A DNA stretch of 63,609 bases, counting the filler, from Craspedostauros australis (Eukaryota): the NCBI GenBank assembly GCA_030167865.1. It is 5 parts of 5 records of this genome, joined end to end, with 100 filler letters (N's around TTAATTAATTAA, not from the genome) between each part and the next. Parts side by side here need not be neighbours in the genome. Positions count along the whole stretch, not along the records: positions 37,875 to 59,060 come from JALAGF010000847.1; positions 59,161 to 63,609 come from JALAGF010000852.1; 3 more parts are not named here. One strand, 5' to 3'. Below the pieces are notes generated by a model. That model had not been told where the DNA came from, did no database searches, and saw nothing but the letters and a program-made list of their open reading frames with translations. Made by a program: the position numbers and the translations under genes. Positions 47,315 to 59,499 of the stretch are shown in pieces. Numbering within the stretch: position 1 is the first letter of the stretch; every line of letters starts with the position of its first letter.

Positions 47315-48142
47315 ATGCCGCACTACCTCCTCGCATTGTCCGGCGTCGTGGGCATCACGAGCATCCTGGTGACGCAGTACGTGGACATCAACACCGTCAT
47401 GATGCGCTTCTTCCGAGACGTCGCCCGCAGCAAGGCCCGCAAGCGTCTCTACGGCGACAATCAGCACGCGCTGATGCCCATGCTGCTGGGTCAGGAGGAG
47501 CTCCTGGACATCCACAGCATGGACGACGCCGACGCCATCACCATGACGAGGGAGGAGCTGCAGTACTACCGCGGACAGGAAGAGGGACGGCCCATCTATC
47601 TCAGCATCGAGGGACGCATCTACGATGTCACGCAGGGATCCAAGTTCTACGGTCCCGACAAGCACTACCATCTGTTCACGGGGACGGACGCCACGAGGGC
47701 CTTCGCGACGGGATGCACCAAGCTGGAATGCGTCTCGTCGGACACAACCGGTTTGACAGAGAAGGAGCACAAGGAGATACTCAGATGGTTGGAAATGTAC
47801 GAGACGCACGACAAGTACACCTTTGTTGGATACCTCGTCGATGATCCCGTCGACGCGATATTAGACCAGATGGATGACGAGGCCCAGCAGCAGCAGCCCA
47901 ATGCTGGCGCGGCAACTGAGGATGGCATGTCCGGAGACAGCAATGAGACCGACAATCACGATGGGCAAGGAAATGAAACTGAAAACGAAGAGGCGGCAAC
48001 TCCTCCTCCAAACACACCAGACACAGAAGCTCTGAGGCAGGCGGAAATGGCAGACATGGCCGACAGCAGCGATCAGCAACAGGGACAGGAGCAGGAACAG
48101 CAGGAGCAGAAGGAAGAGGAGACTGTGCAGTCGCAAGATTAG
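47315..48142 (+). CDS. Cytochrome b5-like heme/steroid-binding (MAPR family) protein, 275 aa
   Basis: N-terminal hydrophobic anchor, PIYLSIEGRIYDVTQGSKFYGPDKHYHLFTGTDATRAF...KYTFVGYL, and an acidic tail. Confidence 0.92.
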   Translation: MPHYLLALSGVVGITSILVTQYVDINTVMMRFFRDVARSKARKRLYGDNQHALMPMLLGQEELLDIHSMDDADAITMTREELQYYRGQEEGRPIYLSIEGRIYDVTQGSKFYGPDKHYHLFTGTDATRAFATGCTKLECVSSDTTGLTEKEHKEILRWLEMYETHDKYTFVGYLVDDPVDAILDQMDDEAQQQQPNAGAATEDGMSGDSNETDNHDGQGNETENEEAATPPPNTPDTEALRQAEMADMADSSDQQQGQEQEQQEQKEEETVQSQD

Positions 48143-48595
48143 GGCAGAGTGTAGAGCAGAGTGCAGCAAGCGGCATCGTTGGCACTGCCCCTGTATGGTG
48201 CATCGTTGTATATTGGGCCAACCGTGCCATACTGTGTCGTGCCATGCCAGACTTCAACCATTGCTTCAAATACGCATGTGCAGCAGCGGCTTCGTCTCAA
48301 GCGAGGTGCGCGCATTTCCACTCTTCGAGTGGAGGACACGCTGCTACTGAATCAGAGGAAATAATTGAATGTGTATTCATGTATTATACTTAGTATTAAT
48401 GGCAGTCATAGAACCAATTAGAGTGGAGTACTCCACTTGGCTCTCCTCTACGATGCCGGCATCTGCGTCCTACCGGATTTCTTCTGGTTTGGGTGTGGGT
48501 ACCATATGTCCCTGCGGCAGCGGCCTGCCCTGGCGGTCCTTCTGGGCTTGGACGGGTGCCGAGGGCCTGCTCGTAATGAGAAAGCGACGCCCTGC

Positions 48596-49609
48596 TCACA
48601 TTTCCAAGTCACCATCAGCATCGTCATCGGACGGATTATCGGCAGGGTCCAAATCATAGGGAGGACCCCGCCATTCGATGAAAATACTGTTATCAGATCC
48701 GAACATCGCCACGGTTCTGTAGAGTCCATCGATGATGCCCGCAGTGGATGCGTCCATGAATATCCATAACTTGACAGCCACCAATCCATCACACTCGCGG
48801 CCGTAATTATTGCACTTGATTTCACCTTGCGTCTCCACGTGAGACGACCCATGCGATGCCGCAAGGACCTCTCGATGGAGAAAGTCGGAGATTTCGCGCC
48901 TGAACAGGTCGAGCACTGGGGTGCCATCTCGGGTCTTTTCGCTCGGCGCCTCGATACTCAACTCGAACCCGAGGTACAGGAAGTTGCCAAAGAATGAGAA
49001 TGGAATCCTCAATGACGGATTGTCATCCAAGGTCGTGGTCGTGGCATGATCGACTACCTGCTCGAGTATATCACGCAAGTCTTCAATTTTGTCTGGAGAG
49101 GGGTCTTTTTGAAAGTGAAGATCCATCGTGAAAAGTTCGTTCGCGCATGCCAAGACCTCCCCAAGCTCACCAAGACCGCGTTTTGCTGATCCTGCGTCAA
49201 CGAAGGAGCGATCGGACATGTGCTTATCTGGGGAAGAGCCCGCGACTGGGCTCTGGTCGAAGCAGCTGAAGACCTCGCCATACATGGTGTAGCCATCAAA
49301 CAACAAATCATTCAGCAAGCGCCGAAGCTCGACATCGACGTTAAGGAACAGTTCACGTTCGAAAGGAGCGATGATGTCTGAGATTGGTGCATCGCACTTG
49401 CCAATGCCGTCACACGGAAGAATCAGCTGCTGCATGTTGCGGAACTTGTAGGTGTACGGGAAAGGCTCTTCAGAGCCGGATGTGATGACAGGGCCTTTGT
49501 GGATGACATGGCCACGGGCGTCGGCGGGCTTTGTCGCTTCCGCGCACAAGGCCGGCGATGTCAGCAAGACAACGGGGAGGAGGTGGGAAGCAAGTTGAAA
49601 GAGTAGCAT
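48596..49609 (-). CDS. Hypothetical secreted protein, 337 aa
   Basis: Signal-peptide-like MLLFQLASHLLPVVLLTSPALCA and a globular-looking acidic body. No family recognised; the 3' end could be spliced. Confidence 0.65.
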   Translation of the reverse strand: MLLFQLASHLLPVVLLTSPALCAEATKPADARGHVIHKGPVITSGSEEPFPYTYKFRNMQQLILPCDGIGKCDAPISDIIAPFERELFLNVDVELRRLLNDLLFDGYTMYGEVFSCFDQSPVAGSSPDKHMSDRSFVDAGSAKRGLGELGEVLACANELFTMDLHFQKDPSPDKIEDLRDILEQVVDHATTTTLDDNPSLRIPFSFFGNFLYLGFELSIEAPSEKTRDGTPVLDLFRREISDFLHREVLAASHGSSHVETQGEIKCNNYGRECDGLVAVKLWIFMDASTAGIIDGLYRTVAMFGSDNSIFIEWRGPPYDLDPADNPSDDDADGDLEM

Positions 49610-50537
49610 CCTTGAGGTGGAGAGGCGTGTGTGGAATGAAAACGACGTTGTCTTGGGATCAGATGTGATTTGTCTTGGTTGGATCCCAGCGTGCTTTCTG
49701 GTTTCCTCGTTTCGCGTTCCGATGCTTTCGTCGCAGGTGATGCGATTATGAGATCAAATCTCAAGACGGCTCTTGAGTTTCCGAACCCGCAGTGTTGTGT
49801 TGCAAGTGTGCGGGGATGAGTCGAGAGTGCGCGTCTGCATCTGTTCTCGTGGCGCACTCTGCCTCTTCTCTCGACATCCAAAGCAATCAGGATGCGGATG
49901 CAATGTGCTCCACTTCTCAATCCAGAGGATCTGAGCTCCTTCCACGAATCAATGTGCGAATGGTGGGCGAAATCTTGGGCACAACAGAGAAGTCTTCCTT
50001 GGGGGCCTTGCGTGGCGCGAAGTGGCGTCGCCAGAAGTGGGATGGAACAGATCTGAATTGCCCACTTCAGCGCCACACGCTCTTCCTTGTCGATCGTGGA
50101 TTCCGATGGCCCCTTCTGCAAAGACGGATTCGACCCACCTCCTCGAAGGGTGGCGCGACTTCGATCTGTGATGGAAGACGATGGCGAGAAGATACGCGCA
50201 CTCGTTGGCGCCAAAACCAAGGAACTCACAGTTCCTGACTTCGACATTTTCTGCAGAGGATTTCTTGCCCAAATGCAAACGTCAAATGTGAAAAAGGGAA
50301 CGACAGGCGTCATTTTGGCAACCTCATGAGGAACTCAACCACAAATAATCGAGAGCCGGGTGACTACCGGAGTGACGAGACCTACTCTTCGCGGATCCCT
50401 ATCTGCGCTCGCGGGCTGTGGGTATCTGAGTGTGGTTTGGCGACGCGAAGTGAAGATGGGCTCACTGCATGGAATGTTATAAACTGCATGAGCAATACTT
50501 CCATTTCCCTTCGACTCTCGCTCTCTCTCGCTGGGCG

Positions 50538-53500
50538 TTATTCACGCCTTCCACTGTCGATGGCCTTCTGCAGATCCTCCACGAACTTCTCGCATAATTG
50601 AAGCGCCATCGTTGGTTGTTGGATGCGAATTTCAATCGACCCATCTCCCTTCGCCACAACTGTCAGCGGCACGGCCTCCCCAAAGCGCAAGTCGCTCAAT
50701 TTGGAAGTAGCGCTCGGATGAAGTTGCACCAACATGATGCTGGGAGTCACAGCCGCCGCATCCATGCTCTCGCAACTCAGAACGTTCGCTTCCAGAAACG
50801 AAAGCGGCACGGTGGACGTCCCGGTCGATGATGTCATGATGCCGGCGTAGATATCGTTGGGGATGAAGTATCCATCGACGCCAAACCACGAACTCTGCAC
50901 GTGCTGTGCCAGTAGTGCTCGGTACTCCTCCTTCTCTCCAATGATCTGAGCAATGAATGATCCGATAACGTTGATGCGGTGAGTTGCTTCCACATTCATA
51001 GGCTCGATAACTTCGATGTCGTCGACCACAGCATCCTCCATGTTGCCGTTCCTTGTAGTCGTGGAGAGAGTGAACGTGCAGGATTCGATCTGTGGGTGAC
51101 CTGATGGCGTCTGGGACGAGGATCTCACTTCCGCTCCCAGCGTCAATTTGTATATGCGTCGGATTGCCAGTAAAGCCGTCATCACGAACAGGAGGTCGTA
51201 GGGAGGGACGAGGAACGTGTTCACTGGAGGCCAGGTCACTGTGACAGCACGCATGGCGGTTCGCCCAATGTAGTACATGAAAAAGGGGAGGGCAAGGACC
51301 GCCACGATCTCGTTGCTCGTGATTTGAGTGACGCCCAGAGTGATGATGGATGAGATGATAACTGCTGCGAGCAGGTAGACTTCTTGGGGCAATGCTCCAA
51401 CGCCGACCGATGTGAACACATCGAGCTGGATCGCGCAGTAGGCAAGCAACGATGTCAGCACCAGCGCCATGATGATCATCAGGCTTGAAGAGCTTGTTCC
51501 TTCCTCGGCTTGGCTGGATGGCAGGCTGATATCCCTTGACGATATCGTTGCTGTGGTGGACGGAGCTGCGTCACCATTCATGCCAACTGCAGCTGCACTG
51601 TTCGCAGCCTGTTCCGTGGATGAAGATGATGATCGACGTGTTGGCTGCTGCGAATTCTGCAGCGATGCATCCACATCAACGTCAGCATCTCCACGATCAG
51701 CGGCATCCGGCATTTGCGGTGCGTCCGATGCGAAGCTGATTCGCTTGCGTCTCTTGGGCGGAGTGACCAGCAGTTCGTTGTATTCTTGCAAGATGTGTCG
51801 TTTGACATCCTTGCGCAGTTGCTGGGGCGTGACACGATCGAACGGATTGTCTAACTCGGTCGCGTCCGGCGTGGAATACAGGAACAGGTTGAGGTTGTTG
51901 GGCATGTATGCCTGCTGCACCAGGATGGTCTTGATGAGCCGTTTGGGGATGCTGCCGCACAAGTCGTAGCACAGCAAGCGCGTCAGCTGGCATGTCGGTC
52001 CTTCATCCTGCGGGTCTTGCGGACCTGGTTCCAGCAGGTAGAGGCTGATGAGGAGATCACCTCGCACGTGATTCGGTGGCGATGGGGCCTTGTCGTACTC
52101 GTCCGGGTAGGAACACGCGACGATGACGATCGCCGAGTCCTCGTTGCTGTCGTTTGCCGATCGCAAGGCGGATTGCGATTTGGAGAGGACCTGCCAATGC
52201 AGCGCGACGGCGAAATCCCGCGCGCTGGTTGGCCACACCGCATGGTAGGCGTAGTAGTCGAGGACCGTGTTGGCGTTGTAGACGTGCGAGCGCTCCGTGT
52301 AGCGTATGTTGGGCTCCAGGGTGCGTCGCTTTGTGGGGTTGAGGAGAAGCATGGCAAGCTGTCGCGCCGAGTGGGGGAGGAACGCTTGCGATTTGAGCAG
52401 TTGCATGCCAGGTCTTCCCGGCATGTCCCTCGTGTAGGCGGAGACGCCGTGCTCGACACCGTCGCTTTCGAACAGGGTCGTCCATTCCGTTGCCGAATCA
52501 TCATGGATGGTGCACATGGGAAGGAAGGTGGTGAGCAGATCCTCGATCTTGGTGACGAGCTTGCCTGGCACGCCGTGCATGACGTCTTGCGTGGATTGGC
52601 TTTTGTACGTATTGACAGATGCCGTGGGCCGTTGTCGCAGCGCGTTGGCTTGACCACCAGCGGTGCCTGCGTCGTGGTCTTGCTGTTGCGCTGGCGGATC
52701 CTGCGATTGCGCTGCTTCGCGAGGTGGAGTCGAAGCGATCGTGGGCAGCATCAAATTGGCTCGAGGCTTGAGTTCGATTCTATCTCCCGGTTGTGATGAG
52801 GGCAAGGATGCCGCAGCTGGCACTGCCGGTGCAGCTGCTGCAGCCGCAGCTGTCGTTGATGAGTTTAGGGCTTGCGACGTACTTTCGGTATTGACGCCCG
52901 CGATGCCATCGTTGCTGGTGCTGGAAGCCGTCACACCAGCGTTGTTGTTGTTGTTGCCGACGGCTGTTCCTCGTTTGCACACCAGCTCGATGGTATTCAT
53001 CCAGTTGTCCCGCGACTCGGTGGTCCTGGCGGCCAGATGGATGGACTTGGAACCAGGCGAAGGCGTGGTGATGGTGAACGCGTAGAGATCCTCCGATGGA
53101 CGCGTGAGGACCTTGTTGACGCGAACGCGACAGGCACCGGCGGCAGGTCGCAGCACTATGGTTCCACGCGGCACGACGTCGTAATCCACAGTGTTCTCGG
53201 AAAAGTTGGATGATTCGGACAGCGTTCGTCTTCGGTTGGAGGCAAAGGAAGACGACGGTGGCGGCAGCGGTGAGAAATCCATCTCGTTCGGCATCGACGA
53301 TGATCGGGCCGAGGTGGGGGTGGATGCGCCCGATGCGGCGGAGAGGGGATTCGTGAGCAGGTAGTACGTGAGGATGCCCTGCCTTGGATGCAGCACGAAC
53401 CACCGCGGTCTCCACTGCGCGGTGAAGACATCGCGTCGTTTCCACAGCACGCCCTGGAGTCTCTTCGCGCGGGCTTGCCGTTGCGGAGGCAGGAAGGATG

Positions 53501-53918
53501 GAAGAAGGCCCGATCCGACCGCGGAAGGCTGGGGCGGGGCGGAGGCGAAGGAGATGGTGGGTGCGGGAGGCTCGTCCTCGGCAATGTCGAGATCATCGGG
53601 ACTGGTGTACTCGATCATGTGCTGCTCCGTGAAGGAATCCCTGCGTTCCGCGAAGTCCTCCGCCCTGTCTCGGCTTGCCTCGTCCTGGTCCTCCTGGAGG
53701 ATGTCAGCCTCGAAGCTCAGATGGCGCAGGACCATGGGCGTCGACGATGGATTGCGGCTGTTGTTGGTCGTCGTTGTGCTCAGCGAATCGGTGCTCATGT
53801 TCTCCGCGCGTGTCTTCTGCCCTCCGCTGTCGCTGCCTTGCAGGTTGTTGGGCCTGTTGTTGCGGTTGGTCTGGTTGTTGGCGGCACCCATTCCGTACGT
53901 CGCATTCACGGTATCCAT
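50538..53918 (-). CDS. PH domain + START lipid-transfer domain + multi-TM protein, about 1126 aa
   Basis: PH: LQGVLWKRRDVF...WRPRWFVL...LTYY...LAARTTESRDNWMNTI. START: YHAVWPTSARDF, HVRGDL, TRLLCYDLCGSIP. About four hydrophobic segments near the C-terminus. First ATG at 53918. Confidence 0.87.
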   Translation of the reverse strand: MDTVNATYGMGAANNQTNRNNRPNNLQGSDSGGQKTRAENMSTDSLSTTTTNNSRNPSSTPMVLRHLSFEADILQEDQDEASRDRAEDFAERRDSFTEQHMIEYTSPDDLDIAEDEPPAPTISFASAPPQPSAVGSGLLPSFLPPQRQARAKRLQGVLWKRRDVFTAQWRPRWFVLHPRQGILTYYLLTNPLSAASGASTPTSARSSSMPNEMDFSPLPPPSSSFASNRRRTLSESSNFSENTVDYDVVPRGTIVLRPAAGACRVRVNKVLTRPSEDLYAFTITTPSPGSKSIHLAARTTESRDNWMNTIELVCKRGTAVGNNNNNAGVTASSTSNDGIAGVNTESTSQALNSSTTAAAAAAAPAVPAAASLPSSQPGDRIELKPRANLMLPTIASTPPREAAQSQDPPAQQQDHDAGTAGGQANALRQRPTASVNTYKSQSTQDVMHGVPGKLVTKIEDLLTTFLPMCTIHDDSATEWTTLFESDGVEHGVSAYTRDMPGRPGMQLLKSQAFLPHSARQLAMLLLNPTKRRTLEPNIRYTERSHVYNANTVLDYYAYHAVWPTSARDFAVALHWQVLSKSQSALRSANDSNEDSAIVIVACSYPDEYDKAPSPPNHVRGDLLISLYLLEPGPQDPQDEGPTCQLTRLLCYDLCGSIPKRLIKTILVQQAYMPNNLNLFLYSTPDATELDNPFDRVTPQQLRKDVKRHILQEYNELLVTPPKRRKRISFASDAPQMPDAADRGDADVDVDASLQNSQQPTRRSSSSSTEQAANSAAAVGMNGDAAPSTTATISSRDISLPSSQAEEGTSSSSLMIIMALVLTSLLAYCAIQLDVFTSVGVGALPQEVYLLAAVIISSIITLGVTQITSNEIVAVLALPFFMYYIGRTAMRAVTVTWPPVNTFLVPPYDLLFVMTALLAIRRIYKLTLGAEVRSSSQTPSGHPQIESCTFTLSTTTRNGNMEDAVVDDIEVIEPMNVEATHRINVIGSFIAQIIGEKEEYRALLAQHVQSSWFGVDGYFIPNDIYAGIMTSSTGTSTVPLSFLEANVLSCESMDAAAVTPSIMLVQLHPSATSKLSDLRFGEAVPLTVVAKGDGSIEIRIQQPTMALQLCEKFVEDLQKAIDSGRRE

Positions 53919-55214
53919 GGTGGTGGCAATTGCGAGCGTTGTGGCTGCAGCAGTGGCTCTGGTTGTGGCTCTATCTGTGACTGTGACAATGGGACGATCT
54001 TTGTTCGCCGAAACTACTATACGACCTATGGAACCTTGGGAGGTCGTTCTACTATGTTGAGTATAATCGTAGTCGTACTGGTATCTTTGCACGACAATGC
54101 TCTCGATCAACAATGGTGCCTGCGGACTTGCCGTCCTTACACGTTTAGTAATATATTAATTGTGTGATAAAGCAATGTTGTGGCCAGATGGAAGAGGAGG
54201 AGTTGGAGTTGCGGCCACTCTGTATCGTACGACTATGGTAGATCGTGTGGTACGAGTGTGAGAAACAATGAGATCATGTACTTGTCACCATCCTTCGCCC
54301 TCTCAAACGACGAAGTCCTTCGGCACGAGTCAGAGCCAACACTGGATCTTTGCTCTCGTCGCTCTTCATCTGTCTTCGTTGTGCACAATGCGAAATGCAG
54401 GCACAAAGAGGGAGAACCGCAACGGTCAACGATCATTGTTGGAAACACTTCATTCACGAATCAGTCGTGCTTGGCTTGGCTTGGAGCGAGTCGAATGGTT
54501 GGATCCGTCTGCGGGTAGAGAGTGCCGGCTCCTGTCCTCGCAAGTCAACCAACTCTGCAAGTCATCAACTGCTCGTGGAACATGGTGGAGTATGATACGG
54601 CACAGCACAGCACAGCACAGAAGAGTCGAGTTGTGCACACTATTTCTATTAGAGGCTGGTGTCACTCTGCGCTCGATGATTGCGAATGACGATGTCGGAG
54701 GCTTCTGCGAGTGGATGTAGCGACTGCCTGGAAATGAAGAGCTTGCCCGCCGCTTGTTTGAAGAGCAAACGCGTTAGCGTTGCCGATGTTCGATGGCTTT
54801 CTTTCCGTCATCGGGTCGCTTGTGTTGTGCCCGTGCTGTTGCTTTGCCATTATTTTTCATTCATCACTGTCGTTGTTTCGGCCTCATTATATTTCGACCC
54901 TGGATCTTTCAATCGACGAACAAGGTGGCTGCTTGCTCAATCGCATAAATTTCCACACATCGCCGCTTTGGTTGTTGAAAGCGATGAAGGCGACGCACTC
55001 TCTCTCTCTCCCCTTCTCTTGTTTCTTTGCATCCAATGTCTTCATTGTCACCACGGCCATTGTCACCATCGCTGCCACTGCACATGCATCCTTTGCATTT
55101 CCCTGATGTCCCCTGCTGTGCATAGTACCATACAGAGGACGCCTCGCATTGCGCAGCAATCGCCGTCGAATTTCGTTGGTCTGGGTCGACTTGTTCTTCT
55201 TCTTCTTGTTCTCT

Positions 55215-55777
55215 CTAGGCTTCCATCCCTTCTGTGCTTTCCGTATTGTAATTCAGCAGCTTCTCGATCAGGTCGACATGCGTCAGCATCATACGGCGGC
55301 AGCAGTATCTCTTCAGACCAAGCTCATCCAGCGCGTCACTGTTGGTGCGTCGCGAAATCGTTCGCCGGTTGTTGTTCCGAGTTCAGGTGAGCGATGTTTT
55401 TGTGGTAGTGTGCATGCGGTGGAGTGCCATGATTCCCATTGTGTTGCAGGCACGGAGGGAGGATGGCACAGAGTTGAGTTGCGTTGAGTTAGGTGAGTAG
55501 AGTGGATCAGTTGAAGAGTGTTGCAGTTCGGTGTGCGAGCGTGTCAAGAGAGAATCGATAAATGAATAATTGAATGAATGAGGTAAGAGACTGACAAACG
55601 AGTGACTCGCAGTTGGATGCCGTTGCGAGGAACGCTCATACACAACAAACACCGCGCATGATCTGCACTTCATAGCACGTACCCTTCTGAGAAGTCAGCC
55701 TGCAGCAGACTCAGGTAGGTCTCCCATTTGTTCCCGATCACTTTTCCGCACGTGAAGCATCGAACTGGAATGATCAT
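55215..55777 (-). CDS. RPB10: RNA polymerase I/II/III shared subunit RPB10 (RPABC5), 72 aa; exons 55777-55683 and 55338-55215
   Basis: [32 protein letters not shown] joined to [31 protein letters not shown] by a phase-2 intron at 55682-55339 (GTACGT...CAG). Confidence 0.97.
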
Positions 55778-56527
55778 GTTGACTGCGTTGTGTGTGCGTG
55801 TTGGTCTTGTCTTGGCTCGGCTCGGCAGGATACGAGTAGGATCAACGACTCCACTTATATGTCTCTTTGAAAGGGAGGACGGATCGGAGCGATGAAGACG
55901 AGGAAGAGAGGTCTTGATGCTGTTCGTTGCGTTCGATGATGTGATGGATGATGTGATCGCTGATGTGATGGATACTCCACGAGCACACAAAAGCAAGGGG
56001 TCTCCACCACAATCACCACCGCCCACGCGGCAACACCCAAACCGCGTTGCTTGCCATTTGGCGCCGTCGTGTTGTTCCATTGTCGGTGCTTCGATTTGTT
56101 GGTTTGTGTTTCGGCAACGAGACATCGTACAGGAGGAAGGACGGGCACGGCATGATCGATGGGCAGGACGACTCATTCGATCAGAACTAGAGGACACGGC
56201 AAAGGTATCTTTCGTGGTGGAGACAAGAATGTCCAACTCGCAGATCGCATCGATCTTGCGCAACATGACTCCCTTCGTCTCACGCCAGATAAGAGGAAGA
56301 GATTGACAACTGCGGCATTGTACTATTATCGTAACATTACTCTCCTGTAAGCCTATATAGTTGTGCGCTTGTGTATGGGACGTGTGTTGCTGTGCTCTCG
56401 ATCTCCTCGTCTGCAAGTTCACAACATGCCACACAACATGCTGACACAACACAACAATCGACCCACCCTTCCCCCATTGGCGCCGTGCGTCTGGTATCCA
56501 ACTGCGGGTACGAGTATTGATCCACGA

Positions 56528-59060
56528 TCAAGCGAGCGGCAGATCGACGACCTCTCTCACGGGGTTGATAGTGGATGCATGGCTGGCTGATGAATCAATT
56601 GGTGACCCTGGTTCTTGTTCGTTGACTCCGCTATATTCCGGCGCAGCAGGCAGCTCCATCTTGTCAGTCGCGGCTATTTCGAGCGCAGCGTCAATGACCT
56701 TTACTTCGTCACCCACCACGGAGTTGGTGAGACTTGCGCCTGAAATGATGCTGGTCCGGGTGCCGATGGAATGCAACGTGGGTAGCGATGAGTTGTTGGA
56801 GGACGTGGGTTGGTACTTGTTCGAGTCTGCTGCTACCCTCGACAGCAACGATGCCGAGTTCGCGCCGGAGGTGCCGGCTGAGCCGGATGCTGAATCCAGC
56901 CCCGTGATGTGAACCTGGCCTCCGCCGAGGTTGGAACGCGCATTCGAAGGTCTCTTGTCATCCCAATACGTCGCGATGAGCTTGGGTAGCATCACCAAAA
57001 AGATGCTTGCGGCCGCGGTCAGAGTCAGCATGCTTGACAATCCGACGTACGTGCCATCTGTGGACACGTCCTCCAAGATGACAAAGACGGGGATGGAGAC
57101 GAGGATGATCTCCATGTGGGCGAAGATGAGGACGAAGATCCAGTAAGCCTCGGAGTACGCGTTGTCGACGTCCTTGGTCTTCCAGGCCATGACGCCCGTG
57201 AGACCAACAGGCACAAGGATGACGGCCACCAACGCGGAGGCATAGTCGACAGGATGATCGCAAGTGCAGTCGCCATGCGATTCGCCGGTGGATTGGTTGA
57301 CAATGTCTCTCTCCCACGTCAACGGGTCCGCGATTGTCCACGCAGTGAGGATGGCAAATGCTGTCGTCATCAGCACAGCAATAGGCCAGGCAACGTGCAC
57401 TACATCGATCTTCCGTCTTGTGAATGACAGCACGCGGTTCACCCGCCAGAGCTTTGCGAAGAGCGCCCCGTATATGATGATGAATCCACTGGAAACGAGC
57501 CAGGGCATGGCGACGCAGAGGTTGGATAGAGTGTCCTGACCCACTCCGCGATTTTCGTCGAAGCCCATCGTGATCGCCCCCGTCGCAACCAAAGAAGCTC
57601 CGAAGAAGAGCATGTACAGGAAGAGCGGTTGCGACGCCCGGACCACCTTGTGGCTGCGATACACAAATACCCAGATGGCTGATCCCACGGCTGTTGCATA
57701 CACCATGCCAGCTAACGCGAAGCCAGCGATGCGAGGTCCTGGTGTGCCAAAAGCAAAGCATGGGAGAAGCAATTCGTGATGCCACATTGTGGTTTGGTTT
57801 GATTTGGAGTGTCAGTCGTACGTGCGAGCATTGTATTGTGAATGTTGGAATGAATCAATGTCATGAAATGCAAAGCTCAGATGATGTGACAGCGCATTGT
57901 GCGAGAACGAACACGAGCGCGGGCGCGATGTCCATACATACGGATGTATATGCGAGATCATCAACCGACGTGAACGATGGCTGAGACACGGCACAAAGAA
58001 AATGACGCCAAGTTGCTTTGTGACATCAAATGCAGAAGAGATAGATTGCTCCCAATCCTCGCACGAGTAGACAGGCATCAGAAATGGCACCACTTTGAGT
58101 CTACAACATAGCGAAGCAAAGTGTTGGACGTACCGTCACTCAAGTAGTTCTGCTCTGGCACGGTCCTCAGCAGTTTGGGCTGATTGGTCGTGCCATCGGC
58201 GTACGTGTATGGCTGGAGCTCAATCCATGTCCATGCTCCTGTCTCCCTTGCTGGGAAGTATATGTGGGTCGGGGCAAATTCGACAGAGATCGGTGAGTCA
58301 GCATCTCTCTCAATCGATACCGATTCCAAGATCTCGCTCGGTAAAAGGTTGATGACAACCCACGGAATGTTCTCATGATCGCGAACATAGCCGGTGCTCC
58401 TCTGGCTGACCCTCAAGTCAGTGTCTTGGTTGGAGTTTTTGGCATTTGATGCCTCATCGAGGATGGTTGGCTTGTGGAAGGAAACGTATCCGGAGGCACC
58501 ATAGAACCGCGCGTCGCGGACTTTCTGGGCGTGGAGCAGGCTGGACACATTGATTTCGACATTGACATCGTCGTTGCCTGCTGTGTTCGCTGGTATTGGT
58601 GTCAGCGGTGTGAAGAATTCGGGTGACAGGCCCGCTCTGTATCTTTGCTTTGCCGGCCAGGGCTCGGTTGGATCCCCAGTGTGATTGTTCAAGAAGAAGT
58701 CTGAGATATAGTTGGTGTACTCTTCAACTCGCTGTTCAAACTGAGGCATCAAATTGGCCTCCTCGTAGTATGCCAAGCATCCTCCCATGCCAAGTGATAT
58801 GGTGGCATCAAAGAGCAATGAGCCACCGAGTTCTGGTTCGTTGGTGGCAAAGTAATTTTCGTCACCCATGAAGTACCCAGGTTCGTTGGGGTCCTGGATC
58901 GGATTATTGCGATTGGCCTCGTTGATGATATCGAGCGCTGCAGTTTTGTCGCCGTCATACCCACGCCATCTTAGACTAAAGGTGGCGTCTTCGGAAACGG
59001 CTGGGAAGAACCAGGTGCCGCCCACCAGCAGTTGGTTGACGTTGTCGGTGGTATCGAAGA
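56528..59060 (-). CDS. Class C (GABA-B-like, 7tm_3) GPCR, 5'-truncated at contig edge; exons >59060-58134 and 57738-56528
   Basis: VVRASQPLFLYML, LFAKLWRVNRV, LTAWTIADPL, AWKTKDV...SEAYWI and MLPKL, with seven hydrophobic segments. A phase-1 intron at 58133-57739 (GTACGT...CAG) joins NYLSD-G-PRIAG. The upstream exon has FYGASGYVSF, typical of the end of the ligand-binding ectodomain. Confidence 0.9.
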
Positions 59061-59160
59061 NNNNNNNNNNNNNNNNNNNNNNNNNNNNNNNNNNNNNNNN
59101 NNNNTTAATTAATTAANNNNNNNNNNNNNNNNNNNNNNNNNNNNNNNNNNNNNNNNNNNN
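59061..59160. other. Artificial contig spacer
   Basis: N44-TTAATTAATTAA-N44. Confidence 0.98.
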
Positions 59161-59499
59161 GGAAGAGAGTGAACAACAAACTCTCTCTCCGACCGTCACG
59201 AAATTGATGTCTCCTCTTGGAAATGGCAACATCGACACCGCGATAATTGCACGTACGGAGACTCAACGCTCCACTATGTTACTACTAATAGAGATGTTGC
59301 AGATCCAACTATAATGGATGCTGCATATCACATGCTCACAATCCTTTTGAAAGTCTCATTTGGATTCGTTACAGCTTTAAAGACTAAGAAACACACTCAC
59401 ACACAAACTCACCAACCTACTGCACTACCACGGATTGATCACCCTTCGGCGTACAGTAAGTTCACCTCGTTTTCATTATCGTTCTATCACATTGCAGAC

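Noticed and set aside
49792..50329. Short plus-strand ORFs between genes
   Set aside because: No motifs, coherent start or splice model.
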